Below are positions 1 through 9,369 of a stretch of DNA of 64,000 nucleotides, piece after piece. Source of the DNA: Candidatus Dojkabacteria bacterium (GTDB lineage Bacteria; Patescibacteriota; Dojkabacteria; B142; OLB20); the NCBI GenBank assembly GCA_035444565.1, contig DAOMOX010000001.1, positions 194,335 through 258,334 on the forward strand, written 5' to 3'. Made by a program: the position numbers and the translations under genes. Under the pieces are notes generated by a model. That model ran no database searches, had not been told where the DNA came from, and worked only from the letters and a program-made list of their open reading frames with translations. Positions within the stretch are counted from its first letter, which is position 1, and each line of letters opens with the position of its first letter.

Positions 1-1420
1 AATAATACTGATTATTGAATCTTCGATATCTATGAACTTTCATTCCTTCAAACTCTTCCTCTTTTGGTAGTGAATTCTCGGGATTGTTTGCTGTATGCAC
101 CGTGACTTTGTGTCCTAATTGGACCATTCTTCTGGCAAGTTCATAGCAATTCGTCTCAGCTCCACCATGTTCTGGATAGAATTTTGTGATTACATAATCA
201 ATTTTCAATGTTGGATTTTTCGTGACGGTATCGTTGAGCGCATCTATTGTTAGCCTGGCGGATTTGTCCCAGTTGAATTTTAGGGCTTGAACAAGACCTG
301 CTTTTACAATTTTTTGTTTCAAGCTACCATCTTGGAGAACTTGTTTTATCTTCTCGCCAACTTCTTCCGGATTTTTTGGATCCACCAAGAGTGCACCCTT
401 TTCTAGCACTTCAGGATAACTGGTGCGATCCGAGGCAACTACAGGAACTCCTGCAGTGATTGCTTCAAGCACCGATAAGCCAAATCCTTCGTAGTTCGAT
501 AGGCTCACAAAACACTCCGCATTGTTCAAAATGGTTGGTAAGTGATTCTGTTTAATTTCTCCGGTAAAGATAACTTTGTGCTGAAGCTTATAGTCCGATA
601 ATGACTCTAGTAATCGATTTGCCGAAGGTGTGACTGGTTTCGGTTTACCATCCCAGCCTAGTTTGAATTCTTTTCCAGCTATAACTAATTTCAAATCAGG
701 ATGTTTACTTGTGACTTTGTTAAATGACTGCAGTAACATATCGATATTTTTGTTTTCTTCGAGACCACCGTAGTAGAGAACATATGGTTGAGTGATTTTG
801 TACATCACTAATACCCTTCTCAACTCTCTTGTATCTGCGTGTATGTTTTCATTACGAAAAGCAGAGTCTACAGCTAAAGGTGTGACAAATATATTCTCTT
901 CTGGAAATTTTGCTTTCTTTACTAGTTCCTTTTTTGTGAAATTTGAATTTGTGAGAACTAGATCAGCTTTTCTAGCTTTCCACAGATTCTTCCTGTAAAA
1001 AATGCCCTTAACAAGATTCACCAAAGCATTTTTCTGTGAATATGAATTCGTAATCATTGGAATAATATCGTGAACCATTACTGCAGTTTTTACTTTTCCA
1101 ACAGGCAAACCTCTCTCTAAATGAGGAGCAAAGAAAATATCTAAATTTGATTTGATAATTTTTCTTTTAAATACTGTATTAAAGAAAAGTGGATTTGTGA
1201 CACTAGATTGTCTTGGTTTTCCAAGACTAATAAATGAGATATTTTTTGGGCTTTTGATTTCTAACTCTTTGAGATTTGATTTCTGGTCTTTGAATCCAAA
1301 CAGAACCCACTCGTGTTCATCGTTTTGTAACATCCTTCTGACGACTTCACGTGCATAGGTCCCAATTCCTCTGTGGGAGTATTGATCAAAAAGGAATGTG
1401 ATATCTATACCAACTCGCAT
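1..1420 (-). CDS. Tandem GT4-GT4 glycosyltransferase fusion (3' end runs off window)
   Basis: Missing from the ORF track because it has no stop in the window. ATG at 1420 gives MRVGIDITFLFDQYSHRGIGTYARE...VHDIIP...EGFGLSVLEA...FNWDKSA. It continues in frame at 208 into a second GT4 N-terminus, LKIDYVITKFYPEHGGAETNCYELARRMVQLGHKVTVHT. Confidence 0.85.
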   Translation of the reverse strand, partial: MRVGIDITFLFDQYSHRGIGTYAREVVRRMLQNDEHEWVLFGFKDQKSNLKELEIKSPKNISFISLGKPRQSSVTNPLFFNTVFKRKIIKSNLDIFFAPHLERGLPVGKVKTAVMVHDIIPMITNSYSQKNALVNLVKGIFYRKNLWKARKADLVLTNSNFTKKELVKKAKFPEENIFVTPLAVDSAFRNENIHADTRELRRVLVMYKITQPYVLYYGGLEENKNIDMLLQSFNKVTSKHPDLKLVIAGKEFKLGWDGKPKPVTPSANRLLESLSDYKLQHKVIFTGEIKQNHLPTILNNAECFVSLSNYEGFGLSVLEAITAGVPVVASDRTSYPEVLEKGALLVDPKNPEEVGEKIKQVLQDGSLKQKIVKAGLVQALKFNWDKSARLTIDALNDTVTKNPTLKIDYVITKFYPEHGGAETNCYELARRMVQLGHKVTVHTANNPENSLPKEEEFEGMKVHRYRRFNNQYY

Positions 1421-1649
1421 AACTGAATTATATATTGAATAGGGTAATTATACTAAATAATTCACAACTATGTATTCAGTATTAATAATTGGGAAAGTCA
1501 AGTTCTGGGTTTGGAGTATAGTCCAACGATGTCATTCCTACACTAAATTATATCTGGTGTAAACTCTAGCAGGAGTCTATTCAAGACTTGTATAAATAAG
1601 TTTAAATTCTTATGTATAATATATCTTTAGATTTACTAATCCTCACAAT

Positions 1650-2219
1650 ATGACTGATCCTATATACGATAAACATCTGGAACCAACAATAACTAAGGCT
1701 CAGACACCAATAGGGGAAATTGAATTAGTTAATGGGAGATTGTCGGATATACATTCGCCAAGATATTTTAGCGATTGGATTATGAAATATGGTGGTAATT
1801 TGGATACAAATATTGATGTAGCGGCAACGAGGTTAGGACACGCATTATTAACTATAAGAGATGATGATGAAAATTTTTACTTTCTTCCAAGCGTAACAGA
1901 TGAGACAGAAGGTGTTAATTTTGAAAGAAGTAGACAAGGTTCACTTTCTAGAATTGATTGGGAACTCTCAATTCCTGGTATGTCAGAGGAATTACGAGAC
2001 AGATTAAGTGAACTTAAGGAGATGATTTCCAATCAAAATTGGACTGATATCGAATCCCGAGCTAAGGGTCGAGCTGCATTTCGAGGTATACGCGATGATA
2101 TAAAAGAATCTGAGGAAGTAAAAGCTCATATTGATACATATTTGGGTACTAAAAAACAACTATGGGGTAAGTGGACAGAGTTTTTAAAAGAAAATGGTTT
2201 GATACCTAAAGGTTATTGA
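1650..2219 (+). CDS. Hypothetical protein (189 aa, charged, helical C-terminus)
   Basis: Clean ORF with TATAAT at 1615-1620; no family recognised. Confidence 0.7.
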   Translation: MTDPIYDKHLEPTITKAQTPIGEIELVNGRLSDIHSPRYFSDWIMKYGGNLDTNIDVAATRLGHALLTIRDDDENFYFLPSVTDETEGVNFERSRQGSLSRIDWELSIPGMSEELRDRLSELKEMISNQNWTDIESRAKGRAAFRGIRDDIKESEEVKAHIDTYLGTKKQLWGKWTEFLKENGLIPKGY

Positions 2220-2327
2220 AGAAATATGTAATCCCCAGAGAGCATAATCACCTTGAGCTTCATCCTACATTATTGATATATATAATCCTTTGTATATTAT
2301 ATAGATATTAATTTTTACAAATTTATT

Positions 2328-2597
2328 ATGAATGACCGGAGATTTAGTGAAGCAGGACTTTTCCATGCTGCCGAAGGATTTGGTGGTGTTGCAACAGGAA
2401 CAGGACCAGTAGAGGATATATTACCTCCAGTAGGAAATGAGGATGTTGGACAGGCTGGTGTCGACGCATCAACACCAAACGCAGCTCCAGCAGCTGAAGC
2501 TATCGTTGACGATGGAATAGATGCGGCCAAACTCAGTACAACTCCACCTGGAGAGTTAATGCCCGGTCTAGAAGAACCAGTAGCACCAGAATTATAA
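2328..2597 (+). CDS. Small acidic Pro/Ala/Gly-rich, probably disordered protein
   Basis: 89-aa ORF with TATAAT upstream (~2282) and an intrinsic terminator directly downstream. Confidence 0.6.
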   Translation: MNDRRFSEAGLFHAAEGFGGVATGTGPVEDILPPVGNEDVGQAGVDASTPNAAPAAEAIVDDGIDAAKLSTTPPGELMPGLEEPVAPEL

Positions 2598-2612
2598 TTT
2601 CATAAAAAAATC

Positions 2613-2640
2613 AAAGCACCTCTTCGGGGGTGCTTTTTTT
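2613..2640 (+). terminator. Rho-independent terminator
   Basis: aaagcacctc-ttcg-ggggtgcttt stem-loop followed by a T run. Confidence 0.85.
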
Positions 2641-2668
2641 GTATGTTAATGATATTTTATTAATTCAT

Positions 2669-3229
2669 ATGGCGAAATTCATTAACCTCAACAACCAACT
2701 CAAATCAGAAATTGACGCAATTCTGATCAAATACTCATTAATAGAGTTACTCGCATCTTATGGGAAAGTCCTAGTTACTGGAAGTTATAGCTATGACCTA
2801 ATGGCTTGGAGGGATTACGATTTAGTTATAGAGTTAAATGATTACACAACTGAAGCTGTTTATAAATTGGTGGATGATATTGGAGTTAAATTAAACCCAG
2901 ACAGACTTCGGATTCTAAATAATCTCAACAAGACCGAAACTAACCGACCCCAAGGTGTATGGCTCGGTGTTTACATTGAGAATTGGAAAATCGATATTTG
3001 GCTCATGAATTCTGAAAACTTTAAAAAAGAGGTACAGAATTCACAGAAGTTAAAAGAAAAGCTTAAAGATGTGGATAGAGAAACTCTGATTTCGATAAAA
3101 TCAGAACTTTCCAAAGACCCTGACTATCATGTGAAATTCTCGAGTGTTGATTTATATGAGGCGTATTTAGATGGGAATGTAAGAACAGTACAGGAATTTT
3201 ATGAAAAATTGAAAAATTTAAAAATTTAG
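2669..3229 (+). CDS. Pol-beta-superfamily nucleotidyltransferase-like protein
   Basis: hGS...DxD motif (VTGSYSYDLMAWRDYDLV) and third Asp (WKIDIW). Start moved from the track's GTG 2630, which lies inside the terminator, to ATG 2669. Confidence 0.7.
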   Translation: MAKFINLNNQLKSEIDAILIKYSLIELLASYGKVLVTGSYSYDLMAWRDYDLVIELNDYTTEAVYKLVDDIGVKLNPDRLRILNNLNKTETNRPQGVWLGVYIENWKIDIWLMNSENFKKEVQNSQKLKEKLKDVDRETLISIKSELSKDPDYHVKFSSVDLYEAYLDGNVRTVQEFYEKLKNLKI

Positions 3230-3302
3230 AAATTCGCTACCACACAACCCTATTGGCTATCTTTACGCACTCTTGTATAATCACCTTCAAGCAAATCAAT
3301 AA

Positions 3303-4127
3303 ATGAATAATTCTGATGTAGACCCAGCAGGAATGATTCGCTATGACTTACCATTCCTTATTACTCATAACAGAGAAAGATTTACACCTGATCCTGTTAC
3401 TGGTTTCGGGTTAATGGAATATCTGTACAATCAAATCTTTGAGAAATATGGCCCATTTAAAGTTTCTGTGGAATGGTTTCAAGATCATGCACATGGTGTA
3501 GTATCGGAGAGTAAGGTTGAATGGGTGGATTATGAGGATTTGGCAAGTATTGAAGATGTTACGGATTTTATTCCCTCAATATCTGGAGTATTTGAAGTAT
3601 TATCATGTGAACGATTTGTAATTCCGATGATGGATCTTGAGATAATTTCATCTCCTACTAGTCAAACTACATTTCAACCAGATATTTCAGAATTTTGCAT
3701 GAAATTAGCTAAATCAGGAAATACGGGATGGATTATACGGTCTGGAGATTCAGGAAAAGGAAGTCATTGGTATATAGCTGACTATGCCCTCCCCTACAAT
3801 CCATATTTCTGGAAATCATCGGGAAATTTAATGCTTCAAATGACAGAAACAGTAGATGCCGGTTCTTTGTTACATGAAAATATTCTACTTTCTAATATGT
3901 TCGCAGCTCGTTTACTGGACTGTACAAGCATTGAGGAAGCACAAGAAATTGGGGCATCTATGCTGCTTACATTTCCAAGTCAAGTGAGTGGCTTGACAAG
4001 AAGAGGTTTACTCTACGACCCACGATGGGAAGGCCATAAACTAATCGAAGGAACAAATCCTTTGGTAAGGACTAAGAGAACGAAAGGCTATACTTCCCTT
4101 CCTAGTGTTTTGGTTGATATTTGTTGA
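3303..4127 (+). CDS. Hypothetical protein with archaeo-eukaryotic primase (AEP)-like motifs
   Basis: IPMMDLE (motif I), IIRSGDSGKGSHWY (motif II), LYDPRWEGH (motif III-like). TATAAT at ~3276. Confidence 0.55.
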   Translation: MNNSDVDPAGMIRYDLPFLITHNRERFTPDPVTGFGLMEYLYNQIFEKYGPFKVSVEWFQDHAHGVVSESKVEWVDYEDLASIEDVTDFIPSISGVFEVLSCERFVIPMMDLEIISSPTSQTTFQPDISEFCMKLAKSGNTGWIIRSGDSGKGSHWYIADYALPYNPYFWKSSGNLMLQMTETVDAGSLLHENILLSNMFAARLLDCTSIEEAQEIGASMLLTFPSQVSGLTRRGLLYDPRWEGHKLIEGTNPLVRTKRTKGYTSLPSVLVDIC

Positions 4128-4211
4128 AATGTTATTAATACAATAGGAAGAATTACCAATTCCATTTAATCTTCTCAGCCTATATAATAAACCACGCCTT
4201 TTGCAAAAAAT

Positions 4212-5534
4212 ATGGAAACTACAAAACCATCTCAAAAATCTATCAAAGACTTCTATTTCCTACTCGGAAATACTATGCTAGCGAATCTCATCAATATGAC
4301 GGTTTGGTTTGCGCTCGTGTTTTTTGTTTATCTAGAGACGAAAGCTGTAATTGTGACATCTGTCACCTCTGGAATTTTTCTTGCAACGGTTGCTATAACA
4401 GGATTTTGGTTTGGGACTCTTGTCGACCATTACAAAAAGAAAAGCTTAATGTTAATCTCGAGTATTTTTTCATTAATCTCATATATCATCGGACTAGTGG
4501 TATATCTTGGAACACCTGACGACGCATTCAAAGACCTCACCAATCCTACGCTTTGGATTTTTATAATAATCCTATTAGCGGGAGTCATAGCCGGGAATAT
4601 CAGAACAATAGCGATTCCTACATTGGTCACACTTATGATTCCAGAAGACAGAAGAGATAGAGCTAACGGCTTAGTGGGAACTTCATCGGGAATAGTTTTT
4701 CTAGTTGTTTCTGTAATTAGTGGATTACTTGTAGCACACTCGGGGATGTATCTAGCTTTGGTATTGGCGATTATTGTGTCTATATTATCTATAGCTCATT
4801 TGGTTTTCATCCCAATTAAGGAAACTGTCACAAATGTCATCAAAAAAGGGAAATCAAAACTTGATATTCGAGGAACATTGAAAATCATTTCATCTGTCCC
4901 AGGGCTTGCATCATTAATTGTATTCACGACACTTAACAACTTCCTTGGTGGAGTATACATGTCATTAATGGATGCCTACGGTCTCTCACTAGTTTCAGTG
5001 CAGGTTTGGGGTTTTATTTGGGGTTTTCTGAGCACTGCTTTCATTGTTGGAGGACTTGTGATTGCCAAAAAAGGTCTGGGGAAAAATCCTCTAAAATCGC
5101 TTTTTATTGCTAACATTATTATCTGGTCGGTGTCCACTGTATTCACCATACAGCCTTCAATAGTACTATTAATGATAGGTATGTTTATCTATCTTGCAGT
5201 CGTGCCATTTATAGAGGCTTCCGAACATACGATTATCCAGAAAGTGGTTTCAGCTGATAGACAGGGTAGAGTTTTCGGTATCGCACAAAGCATAGAGCAA
5301 ACCGCTTCCCCTCTAACATCGTTTTTGATTGGACCACTTGCCCAATTTTTCTTTATTCCGTTTATGACCAATGGTGATGGTGCCAGATTGATCGGAAAAT
5401 GGTACGGTACAGGTGCTGATAGAGGAATTAGCTTAGTCTTCACTCTAACAGGTATCATCGGTCTAGCTATGACTATTATCGCCTTCAGATCGAAGTTTTA
5501 CAAGAGATTGTCAGAGAGGTATTTGGCAGGGTAG
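4212..5534 (+). CDS. MFS transporter (DHA3/macrolide-efflux-like)
   Basis: About 12 TM helices; motif A (GTLVDHYKKK) and QGRVFG in the second half. Confidence 0.9.
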   Translation: METTKPSQKSIKDFYFLLGNTMLANLINMTVWFALVFFVYLETKAVIVTSVTSGIFLATVAITGFWFGTLVDHYKKKSLMLISSIFSLISYIIGLVVYLGTPDDAFKDLTNPTLWIFIIILLAGVIAGNIRTIAIPTLVTLMIPEDRRDRANGLVGTSSGIVFLVVSVISGLLVAHSGMYLALVLAIIVSILSIAHLVFIPIKETVTNVIKKGKSKLDIRGTLKIISSVPGLASLIVFTTLNNFLGGVYMSLMDAYGLSLVSVQVWGFIWGFLSTAFIVGGLVIAKKGLGKNPLKSLFIANIIIWSVSTVFTIQPSIVLLMIGMFIYLAVVPFIEASEHTIIQKVVSADRQGRVFGIAQSIEQTASPLTSFLIGPLAQFFFIPFMTNGDGARLIGKWYGTGADRGISLVFTLTGIIGLAMTIIAFRSKFYKRLSERYLAG

Positions 5535-5540
5535 GACTGG

Positions 5541-5620
5541 AAAGATTCTGAGATTAAGGAATTCAGGAATTAAGAGATTAAAGACTAGTCATTGTATCAA
5601 TCTTTCAATTCCTCAATAGT
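5541..5620. repeat. Degenerate 8-bp tandem repeat with an inverted arm
   Basis: aaagattc/tgagatta/aggaattc/aggaatta/agagatta/aagactag followed by complementary-sense tcaatctt/tcaattcc/tcaatagt. Confidence 0.55.
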
Positions 5621-5667
5621 TAAACACATACACAACCGCCAATTCACTTAAGTATTAATACATTTGG

Positions 5668-5676
5668 TGATATAAT
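5668..5676 (+). promoter_or_regulatory. Extended -10 promoter (TGnTATAAT)
   Basis: tgatataat 22 bp upstream of ATG 5699. Confidence 0.6.
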
Positions 5677-5698
5677 CATTACCCAAATACATATAATT

Positions 5699-6049
5699 AT
5701 GGATACTTTTACAATTTCTATCAATCAAATTCATCCCGGAGATTTCCCGAAAAAATCTTCATGGGAATATTTTAGTAATTTTCCTGATGAAAGATTTAAA
5801 CAGGAATTTTCCAGAACACCATTCGGACTAGCCTTATTACCTACAGTAGGTTTAATACTTATGGAAGGAAGTCACCGTGTGGCAAGACTCTCTGAAGTGG
5901 GCTTTTCCCAAATATACTACTTTATGAGAGAACTGACAAACTCGGACATAAAATCGTGGCAACAGAGAATTAACGCACTACATGGCAAAGGAATTTATAA
6001 TTTTGGTGATTTCCTAAGCCAGTGTCAAGATGGAAGGTTCTATCGGTAG
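5699..6049 (+). CDS. Small ParB/Srx-like hypothetical protein
   Basis: LILMEGSHRV resembles the hhhDGxHR motif of ParB/sulfiredoxin domains. Confidence 0.5.
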   Translation: MDTFTISINQIHPGDFPKKSSWEYFSNFPDERFKQEFSRTPFGLALLPTVGLILMEGSHRVARLSEVGFSQIYYFMRELTNSDIKSWQQRINALHGKGIYNFGDFLSQCQDGRFYR

Positions 6050-6098
6050 AGTACTTTAGAACTATTTATAATTCCTTAATTTTTCAATCTCTAAATTT

Positions 6099-6776
6099 TT
6101 ACATTTTCTCTATGCTCCTACCCTTCTTTAAGTACCTCTTCAAAATCACCCCAAACAACATCGCAGCAACAAAAATCGATGATAGCCAGATTGTTGAACC
6201 CTGTTCACTTCTTAAATCTATGTCTTGAAAGATTATGTAAATCAATGAATTTACCAATAATCCACATACAGCAGTTATAGCGAAAAAATGACGAAATGTT
6301 ATATTAGTTAACCCTCCTGCGTATGAGATTAAATCGAAAAAAGCGAAGCCAAACAGTCTAGAGATTGTGAAGAATTTAACTCCTTCTACTGTCGTAAACT
6401 CATCAACTTCTTTCATGGCTTTTTTACCGACAAGTCTTAGCACAAGAGTTCTGCCGTATTTTCTAGCTATGTGAAAATTGATTGTGCAACTTATAAAACT
6501 GGCAATGTACAAAAGAGCCAATCCGGTCTTAATCCCATACAAAGAAACGCCCATTATTACTCCTGGAGAACCAGCAACTGGAGCTAGTACATGAGAAAAA
6601 ATGGTGTATGAAATTATAATCAGATATACCCATCTGCCTGATTCTTCTGTGAATTTGATTACAGTATTAGAATTAATGAGTGGGATAAAAAGGTATTTTT
6701 GAGCAATAAAGATGGCTATTACTACGAGAGCAATTTTACCGAGGAGTTTTAGATTGGTTTTAGTGATATGTTTCAT
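6099..6776 (-). CDS. TVP38/TMEM64 (VTT/DedA-family) membrane protein
   Basis: Hydrophobic; FHIARKYGR, SRLF..FFDLISYAGGLT motifs. Confidence 0.88.
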   Translation of the reverse strand: MKHITKTNLKLLGKIALVVIAIFIAQKYLFIPLINSNTVIKFTEESGRWVYLIIISYTIFSHVLAPVAGSPGVIMGVSLYGIKTGLALLYIASFISCTINFHIARKYGRTLVLRLVGKKAMKEVDEFTTVEGVKFFTISRLFGFAFFDLISYAGGLTNITFRHFFAITAVCGLLVNSLIYIIFQDIDLRSEQGSTIWLSSIFVAAMLFGVILKRYLKKGRSIEKM

Positions 6777-6960
6777 AAAGGATATTATAGCCTATTAAAG
6801 AAGTAGTTTGCTTTGGAATACAAAGCTATTTGATTCTCCAAGTTTTATTATTAGCTAAAGTGTTTTATTACGAGAAAGATAAATTGAGTCTTAAATCCAG
6901 AATTCTGAATCTTAACTAATATATGTTATCATTGTAATCATATTATTTTAATATATTACA

Positions 6961-7245
6961 ATGAAAGACAAAACTAACTTGCAAATACCAATATCAACTA
7001 AAATTAAAAAGTTAGCAGAAGTAAAGGCCGAAGCTCATGGTTTTTCATCGGTGCAAGAACTTGTGAGAGTTTTTCTCGCTAGTTTTGTAAATGATGAAGT
7101 CAGTCTAGACTTCTCACGCCCCGTACAGAGCAAGATGTTCGATAGATATGAGAGAGAGCAAGCAATTGTTGATAAGGGATTACGTGATGGAACTACAAAA
7201 ACATATACTGCCGAAGAATTTATAGACCAGCTTAATAAATTATGA
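6961..7245 (+). CDS. Putative type II antitoxin (RHH, RelB/DinJ-like)
   Basis: N-terminal beta-strand plus helices (TNLQIPIS...GFSSVQELVRVFL), acidic C-terminus (TAEEFIDQL); overlaps the toxin start by ATGA. Confidence 0.75.
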   Translation: MKDKTNLQIPISTKIKKLAEVKAEAHGFSSVQELVRVFLASFVNDEVSLDFSRPVQSKMFDRYEREQAIVDKGLRDGTTKTYTAEEFIDQLNKL

Positions 7246-7505
7246 CAATTACTGCTACCAAACAGTTTATTAGAAATTATAAAATACGGATTCATCCAAA
7301 CCCCAAGCTCACGAAAAAATTTGAACAAAGAGTTCTTTTATTTGCAAAAAACCCACAACATCCAATACTGAAATTACATAAACTTGCAGGGAATAAAGAT
7401 AATTACTACTCACTTTCGATTACTGGCGATATACGCGTCATATTAACTATCAAAGGAGACATCGCTACTTTTCACAATGTCGGAACGCATAGCCAGGTTT
7501 ATTGA
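7242..7505 (+). CDS. Type II toxin, RelE/YafQ mRNA interferase family
   Basis: TKQF..Y, LKLHKL.G, SITGDIR and C-terminal VGTHSQVY. Confidence 0.88.
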   Translation: MTITATKQFIRNYKIRIHPNPKLTKKFEQRVLLFAKNPQHPILKLHKLAGNKDNYYSLSITGDIRVILTIKGDIATFHNVGTHSQVY

Positions 7506-7526
7506 AAATAGAGAATTTTTTAATCC

Positions 7527-8246
7527 CTACATTTCTACATCTTGTCTCAGTTTCTCGTACATCACCACACCCGTTGCGACACTCATGTTTAGGGAATTGA
7601 TTTGACCTACTAGGGGGATTTTTACTACTTCATCACATTTGTTCATAATCGCGTCGCTTAATGAACGATCCTCACCACCGATTATAAACATCACTCGACC
7701 AGTCAAATCCGCCTCATGATAAAACTTTTCTCCAGATACTTCGATTCCCACAACTTTTACGCCTGCATCTTTGCATTCTTTGATAGCTGTAAATAAACCC
7801 TCGTGGACAATAGGAACATTTTCACTTGCTCCCATCGATGCTCTGATAACCTGAGGTGTGATTTTCGTCTTTGGAGAAAGCACAACTGCACTTGCACCTG
7901 TGCACTCAGCAGTACGGATAATCGAACCAATATTAAACTCATTAAAAGATTCTCGGATATAAATTAACATCATATCGTCATCACCTTCTTCCACAATTTT
8001 CCTAAAGGATAAAACAGGTAATGCAGACCTGACCGCAATAACACCCTGATGTTTGCCAGTGTCTGAAACTCTTTCGAGAAAATCCAACTTTACGAAACGC
8101 ATTTTGATTTTGTGTTTCTTCGCTAGTTTAACGATTTCATACATTTTGTCGTCTTTGTTGACTCTATCACGAATGAAAAGCTCCATCACATTTTCTGGAT
8201 TTGCTCTGAGACTTTCTAGTACTGGATTTCTGCCTTCTATGTTCAT
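7527..8246 (-). CDS. rlmB: 23S rRNA (Gm2251) 2'-O-methyltransferase, TrmH family
   Basis: EGRNPVLE, HQGV, NIGSIIRTAE, GGED, SLNMSVA SPOUT motifs. Confidence 0.9.
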   Translation of the reverse strand: MNIEGRNPVLESLRANPENVMELFIRDRVNKDDKMYEIVKLAKKHKIKMRFVKLDFLERVSDTGKHQGVIAVRSALPVLSFRKIVEEGDDDMMLIYIRESFNEFNIGSIIRTAECTGASAVVLSPKTKITPQVIRASMGASENVPIVHEGLFTAIKECKDAGVKVVGIEVSGEKFYHEADLTGRVMFIIGGEDRSLSDAIMNKCDEVVKIPLVGQINSLNMSVATGVVMYEKLRQDVEM

Positions 8247-8257
8247 AACAAGATGTA

Positions 8258-9268
8258 TTAAAGTCCAATTAAATTCTTCACTTCTACCAGAGTTCTCATA
8301 CCAACTTCTGTTGCCCGGACCCTGCCCCTCTCAAGAATAGCCTGAACCGAATCTTCATCGTTTTCAAATTGTTTTCTTTTCTCTCTAGCCTCAGTAAAGT
8401 ATCTCTGATGCGCATTAAATAGTTTCTCTTTAACTTCGACATCCCCCACTTCACCTTTCACATATCGATTTTTTAAATCCTGCACTTCCTCAAGATTGTC
8501 ATTTAATAAATCGTGAAAAATAAATACAGGATTACCCTCAACCCTACCTGGATCTGTTGCCTTTATTCGAGTTGGATCTGTAAAACAGCTCATAATCTGC
8601 TTCCGAATTACTTCTTCATCATCAAAAATTCCGATAACATTCCCAATACTTTTGCTCATCTTTCTAACACCATCGGTTCCAACTACTTTCGAAATTTCTT
8701 TTTTTCTATCTATCATTGGTACAGGAAGTGGGAAAAATTTTGTTTTGTAGGTCTTGTTAAAATTCTCAGCGATATCTCTAGCAAGTTCTATATGTTGCCT
8801 CTGATCCTCTCCGACTGGTACTCCAAATGGTTTGTATAGCAGGATATCAGCTGCCATCAAAATCGGATAATTAAAGAGACCCATATTAATATTCTCCACC
8901 ACTTCACCTTCCTGAAGTTTATCTTTAAAGGCATGCATTCTCTGCATCTGTCCGTATGAAATGTAGTTAGCTAATATGACTGCAAGTTCACTATGACTCT
9001 CAACTTGAGATTGTCGGAAAAATACAACTTTCTCAGGGTCCAAACCAAGAGCTAAATAGTCGAGTATGACATTTTTAATATTGTTTTCTAATACAGTTTT
9101 ATCTTTAACAGTAGTGAGTGCATGCAGGTCTGCAATGAAATAGTAAGCATTCTCAACTTCATTTTGAAGTTCTAGATGAGGCTTGATTGCGCCGAAATAG
9201 TTCCCAATGTGGAGCATATTTCCACTGGGAGTAATTCCTGATACGACTGTTTTTATTTTGCTATCCAT
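8258..9268 (-). CDS. trpS: Tryptophan--tRNA ligase
   Basis: HIGN, KMSKS, YPILMAADIL, VPVGEDQRQHIE. Confidence 0.97.
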   Translation of the reverse strand: MDSKIKTVVSGITPSGNMLHIGNYFGAIKPHLELQNEVENAYYFIADLHALTTVKDKTVLENNIKNVILDYLALGLDPEKVVFFRQSQVESHSELAVILANYISYGQMQRMHAFKDKLQEGEVVENINMGLFNYPILMAADILLYKPFGVPVGEDQRQHIELARDIAENFNKTYKTKFFPLPVPMIDRKKEISKVVGTDGVRKMSKSIGNVIGIFDDEEVIRKQIMSCFTDPTRIKATDPGRVEGNPVFIFHDLLNDNLEEVQDLKNRYVKGEVGDVEVKEKLFNAHQRYFTEAREKRKQFENDEDSVQAILERGRVRATEVGMRTLVEVKNLIGL

Positions 9269-9369
9269 AAATCGGTTTTAAACTATTCGATTATATCAAA
9301 TTTCACAAATCAATAGGTTGTATATATAGTGTTTCATTCAGTATAATCCAACTAATTACATCCAAAAAG

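Noticed and set aside
792-1358. Track ORFs 792..998 and 1152..1358, plus the many other 60-175 aa ORFs antisense to or nested in long genes
   Set aside because: Shadow frames of well-supported genes on the opposite strand or in another frame; no motifs or independent expression signals.
2630-2668. Track start (GTG 2630) for the nucleotidyltransferase
   Set aside because: It lies within the upstream terminator hairpin; ATG 2669 is more plausible.
6961-7505. TA module or holin-like gene (42650) as evidence of a prophage or mobile island
   Set aside because: No integrase, transposase, phage structural genes or att-like repeats; both sit among housekeeping genes.
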